Position numbers and translations under genes: made by a program
Notes under the pieces: generated by a model
Told to the model about the DNA's origin: nothing
What the model saw: only the letters and a program-made list of their open reading frames with translations
Database searches by the model: none
Source of the DNA: Massalongia carnosa
Lineage: Eukaryota
Assembly: GCA_965645245.1 (NCBI GenBank)
Contig: OZ287082.1
Location: 620,001-684,000 of the forward strand
Reading direction: 5' to 3'
DNA length: 64,000 bases
In this document: piece by piece, positions 48,101-59,108 of the stretch
How the letters are laid out: each line of letters begins with the position of its first letter
Numbering within the stretch: the stretch's first letter is position 1

Positions 48101-49496
48101 TACGTCTCAGGAGCACCTCAACACCTTTCATTGCAAGGGGAATGGTGCTCAGTAAATTGTGGCCTAGGGCCGGTGCCCAGCTTACATCTTTTACTGTCAG
48201 AACATTTATTGATCCGTTCTCCTGGATCATGTTTAGGACTACGTCACCATACCCGAAGGCAGGAAGAACTTGCCCCGAGCCCGTTTGGAACTCATGGTAG
48301 TACTCAGTGTAGGTGGTAAAAAAGCCTCGGTTTGAGAAGAAATGGTCGATGGCCCCAGAGTCTATGATTACGTAGGTGTTTAGTTTTGGAATGACTGCGG
48401 CCACTGACTTACACGTCAAATGAATGGCCCCCATTCCTTTCTTCTCTTCGACCTCATTGGTCGGCATGATCGTCATGATCTTTCTGATAAAGCAAGATAG
48501 CCCTTTGGTGGTTGCCTCCGGGGTGGTCGCCTCACTTTCCTGGTTCGTCTTGTTCTTTTTACAGAACTTCTTGATGTGGCCACGTTTACCACACCCATTA
48601 CACTCCGCTTTGTCCATCCAGCAATCACCTTTTTCATGCGTTTTCTTGCACCTGGTGCAGACATATGTGTCCTTGCTGTCGGAAGTGTTATTGGAGTTGG
48701 AGTTCTCCCCCGGCTTTTTCTTTTTACCGGAGTCCCCACCTTTATTTCCTTTCTGCGTGTAGTTCGTGGTTGCTTTGTCCTGATTGGCTAGTCGTAACTC
48801 TTCATCCTTCAAGGCCTTTGCTAGGACCTCGAGTGTTGGAAGTTCTGCTTTCTCCCTCGACTCATGGCTGAGGATGGCCAGGTAGGACTTGAACTGAGTG
48901 TCTAATGAATTTAGGGTATGAATTATGACCGCCTCGTCCATGGTTATTTTTAGGTCATTTATTTCAGAATTAATGTCCCTAATTTTACTGATGAACTCGG
49001 CCACGTTCTTGCAGTCCCGTTGATGGATGGAGTGCAACTTTCCTAGTGTATTCCATTTTGATGCCCAATTTTGTAACGTGTATCGCGATTGTAGGTGATC
49101 CCATAGCTCTTTTGGAGTCCATCTAGCGAGTATGTTTTTGGATAGGAATTCTTTCTGGACGGTCTCGGTGCACATTCGCCCAATTTTCGCTACCGTACGG
49201 CGCGAGTCATCGTCGAAGTCTTTGATTTTTAGGGACCGCTGGTAAATTCGTTCGGCCCTATCTTCATCATCATTTGTGGTTGCTATCAATGTTGGAGGTG
49301 AAATAGCTGTTCCTAGAACGTGGTCCCATAGCTTAGCTTCCTCCAACGCAAAGGACATGTCTCGCGTCCATTGCTTGTAATTAGTTGAACCGGTCAGCTT
49401 TTTAAAGCTATAATCATACTTTGCATCAGATCCCATGGCTGCGGTACTGAAATATGATTGGTTCGGTCGGGTCTGGTCGATCTGATGCGTCTGCAC
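45129..49496 (-). pseudogene. Copia gag-pol polyprotein broken into at least 6 ORF pieces
   Basis: ORFs 48000..49496, 47755..48003, 47355..47750, 45964..47367, 45764..46063, 45129..45857; RT deletion at ~45879 relative to the copy at 58510-58604. Confidence 0.9.
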
Positions 49497-49656
49497 CGTT
49501 TGGTGGGGGGTCGAAGCAAAAGTTGACTGGTTGGTCGACTATTTGCTTGTTTGGGGTCGCAGGAATGGCTGACTGGTTGGTCAGTTATCCTGATTAGAAT
49601 GTATTCGTAATGACTATGTAATTGTAATGCAGGTACGCATCCGGGTTCTCATAACC

Positions 49657-49850
49657 TGTTGAAACTTGAGACGGTTGATCACTATAGTGCATGTACGAAT
49701 ATTTGTAAGGAATAGTTTTGATTAATTCTATCGTGGGTGCTTTTTGAGCACCCACCTCGGCTAAACTACCCTAGGCCCATTCCGGCCAAGAAGCAGTCAC
49801 CAACTGCCTGACACTTGTCCGTTAGGCTAATGTTTAGCGTAACATCAACA
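49657..49850 (-). repeat. Copia 5' LTR
   Basis: Direct repeat of 44882-45072 (one substitution plus 3 extra nt); followed on the minus strand by the PBS GGTTATGAG. Confidence 0.93.
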
Positions 49851-50211
49851 TTATGATGAGATATGATAAATGACAAATGCAATAACATAACGATTAAGAT
49901 ATATAACTAAAAGTTAAGAAAAACTTAATAAATTGACAATATGTCATTTACGGATTTGTTTTAAGAAATTTTTTAATCAAGTATGTTACAATCAAATCAT
50001 TGAAATATAAGCACTCTATTTAAGTTTCGACGTCCGATTTGATTAATAATATTCGTCAACAACTCCAGAGGATTCCTTACCCCTTACCCCCCTACTTACC
50101 CCCCTATAATTTATCCGCCCTTTCCCTACGCCTTCCCCTCTTACCCCCCACCACCCCTCACGTCTTCTTCAACAACAACAACAAGAACAACACCAACACC
50201 AGCGAAAAAAA

Positions 50212-51065
50212 ATGTCATCGCCACCCCCCTCAACTCCCCAATACGACACCATCCAAGCGCCCTACGACCTCATCCGGCAAAAAACCATCGCGCGCATCGA
50301 GCACGAAAACGTGCAAACCACGCTCGCGCCGCTCATTGCCAACGCGCGCGTGCTCGAGCTCGCCTGCGGCTCGGGCTTCTACACGCACGACCTCGCGAAA
50401 TGGGCGCCAGCGCCGTCGTCGGCGTCGATATCTCGCCCGTTATGATCGCCGAGGCGAGGCGGCCGCGGCGGGGCACTACTACCACCCACTCTCCCTCTTC
50501 CTCAAGCACGAGCACAACCATCGATTTCATCCTCGCCGACTGCAGCGCGCCAACGGCGTACGCGGGCGGACCCTTCGACATCGTGTTCGCCGCCTGGCTG
50601 CTCAATTACGCGCCCGACCGCACCGCGCTGGTGCGCATGTTTCGAAAATCGCTTTGAATCTCAAGCCGGGGGGCCATTCGTCGGGGTGACGGTCCCTACC
50701 GAGGATCCGAGGGCGTCCGTGGAGGCCGAGTTAAGCGCGCGCCCGCCGCCGGAGGGGTCGGGCGGGTTGGTTTATGAGATTGTGGACGAGGTGCAGGACG
50801 GGGTGTATTTCCGCGTGTGGGGCCGGACGGCGGTCGGGGAGGTGGATTTCTGGAATTGGCATTTGGGGAAGGGGGTGTATGAGAGTGCGGCGAGGGAGGC
50901 GGGGTTGGGGTTAGGGGAAGGGGGGTTGAGGTGGGGGGTTACGAGTGTGCCGGAGAGGTATTTTGGGGGGGTGGGGGAGGAGAGGTGCCGGGGGGTGCTA
51001 GCAGGGAGGAGCTGGAGAGTTATCGAACGGTGCCGAATTATGGGTTGTTGGTTGTGGAAAAGTAG
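50212..51065 (+). pseudogene. Class I SAM-dependent methyltransferase, about 3 frameshifts (pseudogene or sequencing errors)
   Basis: RVLELACGSG motif I, VVGVDIS, FDIVFAAWLLNYA, NLKPGG.F; pieces lie in different frames. Confidence 0.75.
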
Positions 51066-52080
51066 TTGCAAGAATAATGAATAATTGATAAATGATATAA
51101 GCGTTGATGAAATATTGAGTTCATTACTTTACTATATAAATATAATGTTTTCTCCTTAAGTAAAGTACTCTTTTATCTAATTTATAATCGTACAATTTGT
51201 GCGATCTTCTGCCGTCAGCATGGGTTGTGAGTGTGGTTTCTAAAACGAGGTGTAGTTCTAAGCCATGAGAGTAGGTATAATTGGGGGCCAATATGAACGA
51301 AGCGTTCATGGTGTTCTCTTGAATTGTTTTTAACTATCGCTGATTTCCTTAGGAGTTCATTGCGATCGTTAGTAACTTCGATACTATATTTTCAGTCAGT
51401 AATCGTGTTCTGTGTTTAATCTTGTCTTCATCTTCATCGAGCGGCAATGTTCTACTTAGTCAAATATGCCTCAATCGCGAGCAAGCAAATCTTGACCTAC
51501 GTAGCTACCGAGCTTCAAGATGCAGGTTACAGGCGCGCGATAGATGCCATTGACTAAAAAATCCTCAGTGAGACAGTGGACAAGATGTAACGGCCCTCAA
51601 GTACAACAATTTATTGTCGGCAGCTCAGGCATCCAAGACAAGCTCTGTCACGATCACGTAATAGCCATGTGATCGAAATTGAAGACACCTTACTGATGCA
51701 GGACAGTCCAATGGCCCACTAAAGTGACGAGGACCCCAACGAACACAGTTCTGTTCTCATTCAGAATTTCCAGGGAAAGGAGGTCGCGGAAGGACATGTC
51801 ACATCTGACAAAAGCAAGCAAATGGTATGCTCGTCCCCATTCGAGCTGCTGTCTGTGCAGTATGAGCTGGTTAACTGCCCACAGGTAGCGCGTTAAGGGT
51901 GGAGGCGATCATACACACCTAATGGATATTCTGGTTTGACCACGTGTTTGATTGTCTGCTTGATCTGGAAGGAGATGAATGTTGCTTTCTCCTCTTTCAG
52001 CTGGTATGCTGCTCGATATAAGTACCGCCTGATAGTAAGCTGTAGCCCCAGCATCAATGCAAATGATGCTATTAACGTCT

Positions 52081-53252
52081 TCATGGAAAAGACTGCAAGT
52101 AAGGATGTTGCAATGCCTCTGAGGCTGTCGGCCTCTTGCTGTGATCGACCACAAGCAAAGACTCGATGAAGTCCAGTATTTGCAGAGATACTGAGGGATC
52201 TGAGAGCCGCTGGAGTTCCTCCCGCAAAGTGCCTTCTTCAATGAGCTTCGTGCCAAGATGAGGGTTTTCCATGACCGCTAATTGTTCCGCAAGCTCGAAC
52301 TCCTCTTGGTAGGCCTGGCAATCAACAGGTCGACCTAGCGGGCCAAGGAGACGGATGATTTTCGCGATGCACCACGCTTCGGTAAACCCATCGATTATCT
52401 TGTCACTGGAACCAAAAATGGGTTGTGCAGATAATCGACGTGCCAGCTTCTAAATTAGCTTGCGCTGGCTGAGTGAGGGGTGGAAACCAACCGTGACACC
52501 TAGTGACCATACATCAGAGGAGTGTTGACACCCCAAGCCTTGCCAGACCTCAGGAGCTCGACATGGCAGACTTTGACCACGTTGTTTTGTAGAACCCTCC
52601 GTAATCACTATGAGCATCAGCGCTGTCAACGGTTATGGATGTAGAAAGAGCATGTACAATTCCCAAGATCTCCCAGCTTTGCAATTGGCGAAGGCCCATC
52701 GATGTCGGAACGTAAATATTGTTAATATTAATATCTAGTCATTTCAGTATTGGTAGTATGAACTAACGAAGAACTATCACCTGTATGAACAGCATTGAGG
52801 GTTTTGAAAGTTTCAAGGGCTGATAGAACCGCTATGGACACGACTTTAGGCAACCTTGAATCGCCTCGAAATCGGTGGGCCGGCACCGATCGCAAATCCA
52901 GATCCATCCACTCAAATACCAGGCATGGCGGGTCTTGTAAATCTCCATTTGATTGTACGACATCATGCAGCATCCGGATATACGGGCACAAGGCAATTTC
53001 GGAGATGCCGTAATTGCGGTATTCGCGCTTCAAGGCCATCTTTTCGTCATTGGTGGCAGCACATTTGACCATCGCCCTAGAGTGAGGGTGAGCGATTGAC
53101 CCTCCGACGTGCATGACAAGGTCATACCATTCACCTTGAATAGAAGGATTGGATAATACTCGGGCTTTGAAGACGCTGGAACCTTTTAACTGCTTGAACA
53201 GCTCATACTTCCCTTTTCCTCCTCGAAGCACTTGTCCGATGCGCAACGCCAT
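52081..53252 (-). pseudogene. Ser/Thr protein kinase (CMGC/SRPK-like), multi-exon, apparent frameshift
   Basis: CLVFEWMD, VHT|DIN.NNI, AKLGDLG, CRAPEVW, SDVWSLGV, RPTASEALQHPYL; 1-nt shift near 52712. Confidence 0.75.
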
Positions 53253-53473
53253 ATCATCTGCGAAATCAAGAAAAAACTATCGTGGTGTGGACTTGCAACC
53301 CTTCTCGGGAGCAAGAAGAGTGGAGAGACTGGCCTGCTGGGTCAGAAACCTCTACGTGGTGCAAAGATGCCAACGAAGCACAATTTTTTTTAAATCTTTT
53401 ACGTGACAAACACTCACCGGTAATGCTTTCATCATAATATCCTGACATCACTAAAGATGAACAGGAATCTCTG

Positions 53474-54352
53474 ATGATGATTCTCGATTTAGGAGGCGAG
53501 TTTATCGATATGGAGGAAAAAAACAGATATGGCGATACCTTATTAATGGATTATACAATAGATCGTGGGTCTGATACAAATCATCACTGTGTCAAAATCC
53601 TGTTAGACCGCGGAGCCAGTGTCAAGGCAACAGATACTAATGGAGGCACATGTTTACATCGAGTCTTTTGTAACCCTCCAGGGACGGGTAGCAAAAAAGA
53701 GTCATTGATGCTGTTGATACAAGCAAACGCGGATATTCATGCTACAGATAATTATGGAGTATCGGTGTCGGATGTAGCATATAATGGTGATGATATCAAG
53801 AATAAAATTTGGAATATTCCGAGTACCTACCGAAGAGATATCTGGGAAGAAGCTCTGACGGAATGTGGCAAACTGAAGGAGGCAGCATTATTTCGCAAAT
53901 ATTGTGACGAGAGAGATTTCCAGAAAGGCAAGCGACGTTTTCGGGTTGCCGAGGAATTTTCCGGCGATATAGGTGCAGGGTTTGGTGGGGGATACTCCGG
54001 AGATGAAGGTTCAAAGTTTGATAAGGAAGACTCCGAGGTTAACGAGCTAGTAATGAACTCTGACAATCAAGACCTCGATGCTGTCGAGCCAAATCTCGAC
54101 GTCGTCATGCAGAACACGAACTTCACGGTGTCGACAAGCCGCGACAACAGCTCAAACTCAACAAACGACGAAGGATTGATACTGCCGAGAATAGAAGAGC
54201 TGATGGATGCCAATATATGGGCTCAGCCAGATCAGATGTCGGAAGCGCACGTCCAGTCCCCGTCAACTACTGGTCAGCCAGCCTTACCTTGGATCGGAGA
54301 TATGTTAGACGATCATGAGATATGGAGTACGAACAATGGCCGTTGCTCATGA
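53474..54352 (+). CDS. Ankyrin-repeat protein, probably a C-terminal fragment
   Basis: ILLDRGASVKATDTNGGTCLH, LLIQANADIHATDNYGVSVSD, IWEEALTECG. Confidence 0.7.
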   Translation: MMILDLGGEFIDMEEKNRYGDTLLMDYTIDRGSDTNHHCVKILLDRGASVKATDTNGGTCLHRVFCNPPGTGSKKESLMLLIQANADIHATDNYGVSVSDVAYNGDDIKNKIWNIPSTYRRDIWEEALTECGKLKEAALFRKYCDERDFQKGKRRFRVAEEFSGDIGAGFGGGYSGDEGSKFDKEDSEVNELVMNSDNQDLDAVEPNLDVVMQNTNFTVSTSRDNSSNSTNDEGLILPRIEELMDANIWAQPDQMSEAHVQSPSTTGQPALPWIGDMLDDHEIWSTNNGRCS

Positions 54353-54731
54353 ATCAAGTTTCGGCTTCGGCTTCGACTTGAGCTGTTTAAGAATGTCAAA
54401 AGGGGAAGTCGTTATTGTTTGACGATGTAATTAGTTGATGACGAAAGGTCAAATCTTTCATTATGAAGGACTCTTTCACGGGGTACCTGAGAGAAAGGCA
54501 AAGAACATGTTTTTGTGTCAAACCAAATATTATCAGTTGTCATTCATGACGCCTTGACAACATATTTCGTTGTGCGACTGTAACTAAGGAGGCGAGATGC
54601 GGCTCTGCGGAGTAAGGCTGAGTTAAACGGTAGCGATGAGTAAATTTAGCGATTGTGGCAGGAGAGGGGAATGCGCCTTCCTAAAGTAGCTAGCTTAGTT
54701 TAGCCATCGGTAAAACCAGCCTCTTCGTCAT

Positions 54732-56441
54732 ATGTTGACATCCATGCTAAGTAAACATCACATCACATCGTTCCAGTACGGAGTACTCCACAGAGAATCG
54801 TTGTATCACTTGTTTTTTTGTTATCAACCCACTGTTACGGGTCTTTCGTTGCGTCTTCCTACGATGACTTCAACAGACCGTACTTCTCTGCGAACTGATC
54901 TTTCAGCGCGGTCGACAATATCCGTGTTACGCACTCCCATCTCAGCTCAACCTGCCACACCCACAACGTCATTTTCCACCAATAACGACCACAGCATCGA
55001 GTTTCGACATCCCGGATACCCGGATTTCGAAGATCAAAACGTCTTCTTGATTCTAAAAGCATTCGATCAACAAGATGGTGTTGCGTTGCATTACGGGACC
55101 GCTCACATCGCCTGCGCCATTGTTGCTGGCAACGCATGGGATGGTTACTTCACGTCCACACGCGATGGAGAACGGGTCAGCGTGGGACAGAATGCCTTGT
55201 TGAGAGAGTGCAGTTATTATTTCCACGTTCCGTCGTTCTCGACATCACCGTCCTTGCCTGCTCAGCAGCCCTCAGACTTTCCCCGATATCCTCTGTGCTT
55301 CTCCTTCGAGCATTGGTCCTTCCCCCACCGCAATCTTCCTCCAGCATGGTCTGAGGCTATTACTCTCGGCAGCAGTGCGGTATCCATCAACCACAACAAC
55401 GCGGCCCTTGCGCCTCCCACCGCTTCCGGTGTGACATCTGCCGTTCTCGTTCGCGACGGAGGTTGTATCATAACCGGCTCTCGAGACTGTGTGGAACGAG
55501 CACATCTTTGCCCGAGAAGTCAGCAAGGCTGGTTCGAAACCAACAGGATGGGGCGGTATAACCGGAACACCCTGCTGTCGGGGAATTCGGTTACTGACGA
55601 CGTCTCCAATGGGGTTGCGCTTCGCTCAGACATTCACACGCTGTTTGATTATTGCAAGTTTGTCATCGTGCCGAAGGAATCGCGCTGGGTGGCCCATTTC
55701 TGTGACTTGACCAACACCGCCGGCGCGCTTTATCATAACACCCCTCTCGAAGTGGCGTCTAACGTGTCCCCCGGCCTGCTCCTGGTGCGCTTTGCGTGGA
55801 CGATCTTCACCTTTGTCAAGCAGTTCATGGAATGCGGTGCCGACCGGTACGTGCGCTTGCGCGTGATGGAAAATGGGGCGTTCAAAGAGGTGTTTCAGAC
55901 TCTGAAAGGGGGGGAGCTCAAGGAGCGCGGACGGAGCGGGAGCCCTAAGAAGCGAAAGCTCGCCACCGTGGAAAATGTGCTGGAGCAAGTCTTGAGCGTG
56001 AGCAAGCGGCAGCGTCGTCACAGCCCTTCGCCACTACGGAGTCCGGATGTCTTTGCTGTTCCTTCACTTTCAGATGCCCAGCCTAGCAAGCCAGAGCTCA
56101 CCACATCCACCCAAGCACCACCCGATCTCTCGACTCCAGTCTCCATACTCCCTTCCGCCTTGGTGAACGTATGCCACCCAACCATTGACTCCGCGCCGAC
56201 CACAGACCCAAGAAGCTCTCCGCTGCCATCCGCCCCTTCACCACCAACGCCCGACCCGTCTAAAGTCATGCGGCTAGAGTACATGCGTAGCCGGCGCCCC
56301 AGCGATCCCGCGCTTTACTGCTGCGACTATCGGGCAGCGGAGGCGGCGGAGGAGGCTGGAATCGAGGGACCGAGAGAATTCGGAGGGTCGCATCTGTGCT
56401 GGAGTTGCTTGGGGGTGGAGTATCAGGACGAGATTGAGTAA
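54732..56441 (+). CDS. Fungal HNH endonuclease domain protein (true start possibly the ATG at ~54864)
   Basis: FRHPGYP, ACAIVAGNAWDGYF, RDGGCIITG..AHLCP, NGVALRSDIHTLFD, RFAW; basic SPKKRK. Confidence 0.8.
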   Translation: MLTSMLSKHHITSFQYGVLHRESLYHLFFCYQPTVTGLSLRLPTMTSTDRTSLRTDLSARSTISVLRTPISAQPATPTTSFSTNNDHSIEFRHPGYPDFEDQNVFLILKAFDQQDGVALHYGTAHIACAIVAGNAWDGYFTSTRDGERVSVGQNALLRECSYYFHVPSFSTSPSLPAQQPSDFPRYPLCFSFEHWSFPHRNLPPAWSEAITLGSSAVSINHNNAALAPPTASGVTSAVLVRDGGCIITGSRDCVERAHLCPRSQQGWFETNRMGRYNRNTLLSGNSVTDDVSNGVALRSDIHTLFDYCKFVIVPKESRWVAHFCDLTNTAGALYHNTPLEVASNVSPGLLLVRFAWTIFTFVKQFMECGADRYVRLRVMENGAFKEVFQTLKGGELKERGRSGSPKKRKLATVENVLEQVLSVSKRQRRHSPSPLRSPDVFAVPSLSDAQPSKPELTTSTQAPPDLSTPVSILPSALVNVCHPTIDSAPTTDPRSSPLPSAPSPPTPDPSKVMRLEYMRSRRPSDPALYCCDYRAAEAAEEAGIEGPREFGGSHLCWSCLGVEYQDEIE

Positions 56442-56699
56442 GGAGATGAGGAGCGGTTGTAAAATAATTTTATCTCCATTTAATTTGTATATATTTTATT
56501 ACTTTAGGAGTTGTTGCAGACTCATCCACACAATCGGATTGCCTTCAATTAAATTAATCCACATAATCCTAACCTTATTTGTGGACAACGACGCGAACGA
56601 ACGAACGATTTCCTTTCCTCTCCTTATCTCTCAAAAACTGTTTCCGAGATAAACCTTACACAACAAGCAGCATTACTACCACTCCTCGGGAGTTAACCA

Positions 56700-57517
56700 G
56701 TCTATCCATAATACGTGCCTTCGAGGAATGGAGACCAGAACTTCAAGGAGCTGCATACCCGGTTAAAGTAATCACTGACCATAAAAACCTGGAGTATTTC
56801 ACCACCACCAAGCAGCTAAGTAGGCGACAGGCCCGTTGGGCAGAATATCTCTCACGTTTCGACTTCAAAATCACGTATCGACCCGGCAAATTAGGCGGAA
56901 AACCTGACGCTTTGACTAGAAGATCAGGAGATCTTCCTAAAGAAGGGGACGTGAGACTGGAACATCAGAATCAGGTGGTATTAAAACCGCATAATTTTGA
57001 ACTTCATGCTAACAACGTGCCTCGTGTGACTGACGTGTCCGACTCTGAACCTGACATCGCACCTGACATCGCTATTGAACCATCGAACCTCGCCCCTGCC
57101 CTCGACTCGGAAGAGAAATCTATAGACGAACTCATTGATCTAGGATATGAACATGACCCCACGCCTAACAAAATCCTGACCCTTCTCCGAAACGGTGCTC
57201 GACACAGCAAGGACATCACCCTAGCCGAATGTGAAGACAGGAATGGAAGACTATACTACAAGGAAAGGCTATACGTCCCTGACTGGCATGAACTAAAAAT
57301 GAGACTATGCAAAGAATATCACGACAGTCCAGTCGCCGGTCATCCAGGCAGATCTAAAACATTTAGTCTAATGGCGCGAGACTACTACTGGCCCCGATAT
57401 CATCAGTTCATTGCTCGCTATGTCCAACACTGTCATACATGCTCTCGCAGTAAAGCTTCTCATCATGCTAAGTACGGAGTGTTGAAACCTTTGCCCGTTC
57501 CCCAACAACGATGGAAG
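56700..57517 (+). mobile_element. Gypsy pol fragment (RNase H to integrase zinc finger), related to but distinct from the 2829-9501 element
   Basis: IIRAFEEWRPEL, TDHKNLEYF, RQARWAEYLSRF, HDSPVAGHPG...CHTC; cut by the Copia LTR at 57518; an integrase piece [16 protein letters not shown] resumes at 58603-58677. Confidence 0.88.
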
Positions 57518-58604
57518 TGTTGAAGTGAATTGTTTATCACTATGGTGCATGTACGAATATTTGAAAGGAATAGTATTGATTAATTCTATCGTGGGTGCTT
57601 TTTGAGCACCCACATCGGCTAAACTACCCTAGGCCCATTCCGGCCAAGCAGTCACCAACTGCCTGACACTTGTCCGTTAGGCTAATGTTTAGCGTAACAT
57701 CAACACTCCCACTCAGGCATGGTGTCTGCCTTGGTTGATGCTATTCAGAAATCGCCCTGCCCTACCTCATGCCCATCATGGCCCTAAAGGCCTTGAACCT
57801 TGCTGGTGGTAGCGGCTTTGTCATCCCATCTGCTATCATTTCATTCGTTGAAATGCATGTGATGATTATCTTTCGGTCTAGTACAACTTCCCTTATCCAA
57901 TGATGTCGTACGTCAATATACTTTGTTCGTTTATGGAATTCCGGGTTGGCAGTGAGGTCAAATGCCCCTTTGTTATCTGCTCGGAGGTCGGCTGGTTGAT
58001 TAGGTGATCGATGACCGAGGGCCTCGAGGAAGCGAGTGCACCACAAGGCCTCCTTACCTGCCTCGGTGATGGCCATGTATTCGGCCTCACAAGATGACAG
58101 GGCTACGGTCGGTTGTTGTTTTGATTGGTGTGAAATTGGACCGCCCGGAAGCATCCAAACGTACCCACCGGTTGATTTTCTTCCATCAACGGTCCCCGCC
58201 CAATCAGAATCAGTATATCCAATTAGTTCATCCGGAGAGTCAGCCGAAAATGTCAGTCCTATGGTCAGTGTCCCGGCTAAATAGCGGAAGATTTGTTTGA
58301 CTAGCTGTATGTGGGTGGGTCCGGGGTTGCTGCAATAGCGGCTGAGGACTCCCACAGAATAAGATATGTCGGGTCGGGTATGGACTGCTGGCCACATCAG
58401 TGATCCAATTGCTGACTGGTACCAGGAAATGGTGGCTTTGTCCGCCACCTGTTTTGAGGGGAGAAGGGAGCTCGCCACCCCCGGATCCATTGGTATGAAG
58501 GATTGCTTGCAGTCGGTCATTCCGAAACGGTCCAGAACATTTTTGAGGTAGGTTGTTTGACGAAGGATTATGGTTTTTCCAACGTCAACGTCAATTTCCG
58601 TCAT
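57518..58604 (-). mobile_element. 3' part of a second Copia copy (RT end, RNase H, 3' LTR 57518-57705)
   Basis: Near-identical to 44882-45880; the LTR differs in its outer ~25 bp. Confidence 0.92.
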
Positions 58605-58676
58605 GGAACAATACCTCAGATGCTATGTGTCTTATCAACAAGATGATTGGACCGACTGGCTACCCATGGCTGAGTT

Positions 58677-59108
58677 TGTCAGATGATGAGGCCACCATCA
58701 ATATAGGCATCCATCGTGAGCCCCGGGAGGTGCCTCGCAGAGTGCCAGAACAGGCAAGAAGGGGGCGCTTTGGACCCTTCTGACCGTCATGTCCTATGGC
58801 AAGTGCTGTTCCAGTTCAGGCAAGAAGGGGGCGCTTGGGACCCTTCGAGTCTGTTCTGTTCCAGTTCAGGCAAGAAGGGGATGCTTGGGTTGTTGGATGA
58901 TAAGGTATCCATCATGAGTCCTGGGAGGTGCCTGGTAGGCACCTATGGGGGGCCTAATAGGCAGACATGAGGCCTACAGTATGACTGTTTAGGCTCCTAG
59001 GTGTAACTGTTTTGTGACTGCTATATAAGCAGACAAATAGCACACATAGATAATTACCTTCAATGACAATCATGCTATAGCACCTACACGTGAATTTACC
59101 ATTTATTA
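58677..59108 (+). mobile_element. Second copy of the TG...TA solo-LTR-like element
   Basis: Reverse-complement homologue of 10937-11347 (tgtcagatgatgagg...ttatta); no TSD here. Confidence 0.85.

Larger units (their letters stand above)
44882..49850 (-). mobile_element. Ty1/Copia LTR retrotransposon, both LTRs present but frameshifted and internally deleted
   Basis: LTRs at 44882-45072 and 49657-49850 (TG...CA); gag-PR (IIDSGA), GAG-pre-IN (IWHQRMGH), IN (PEQNGKAER), RT (YKARWV, YVDDLL), RH (YTDSDWA); no TSD (CTAGG vs TTATG). Confidence 0.95.

Noticed and set aside
50075..50110. CCTTACCCC repeats as telomeric sequence
   Set aside because: Only about 3 irregular units, not CCCTAA; part of a C-rich 5' region
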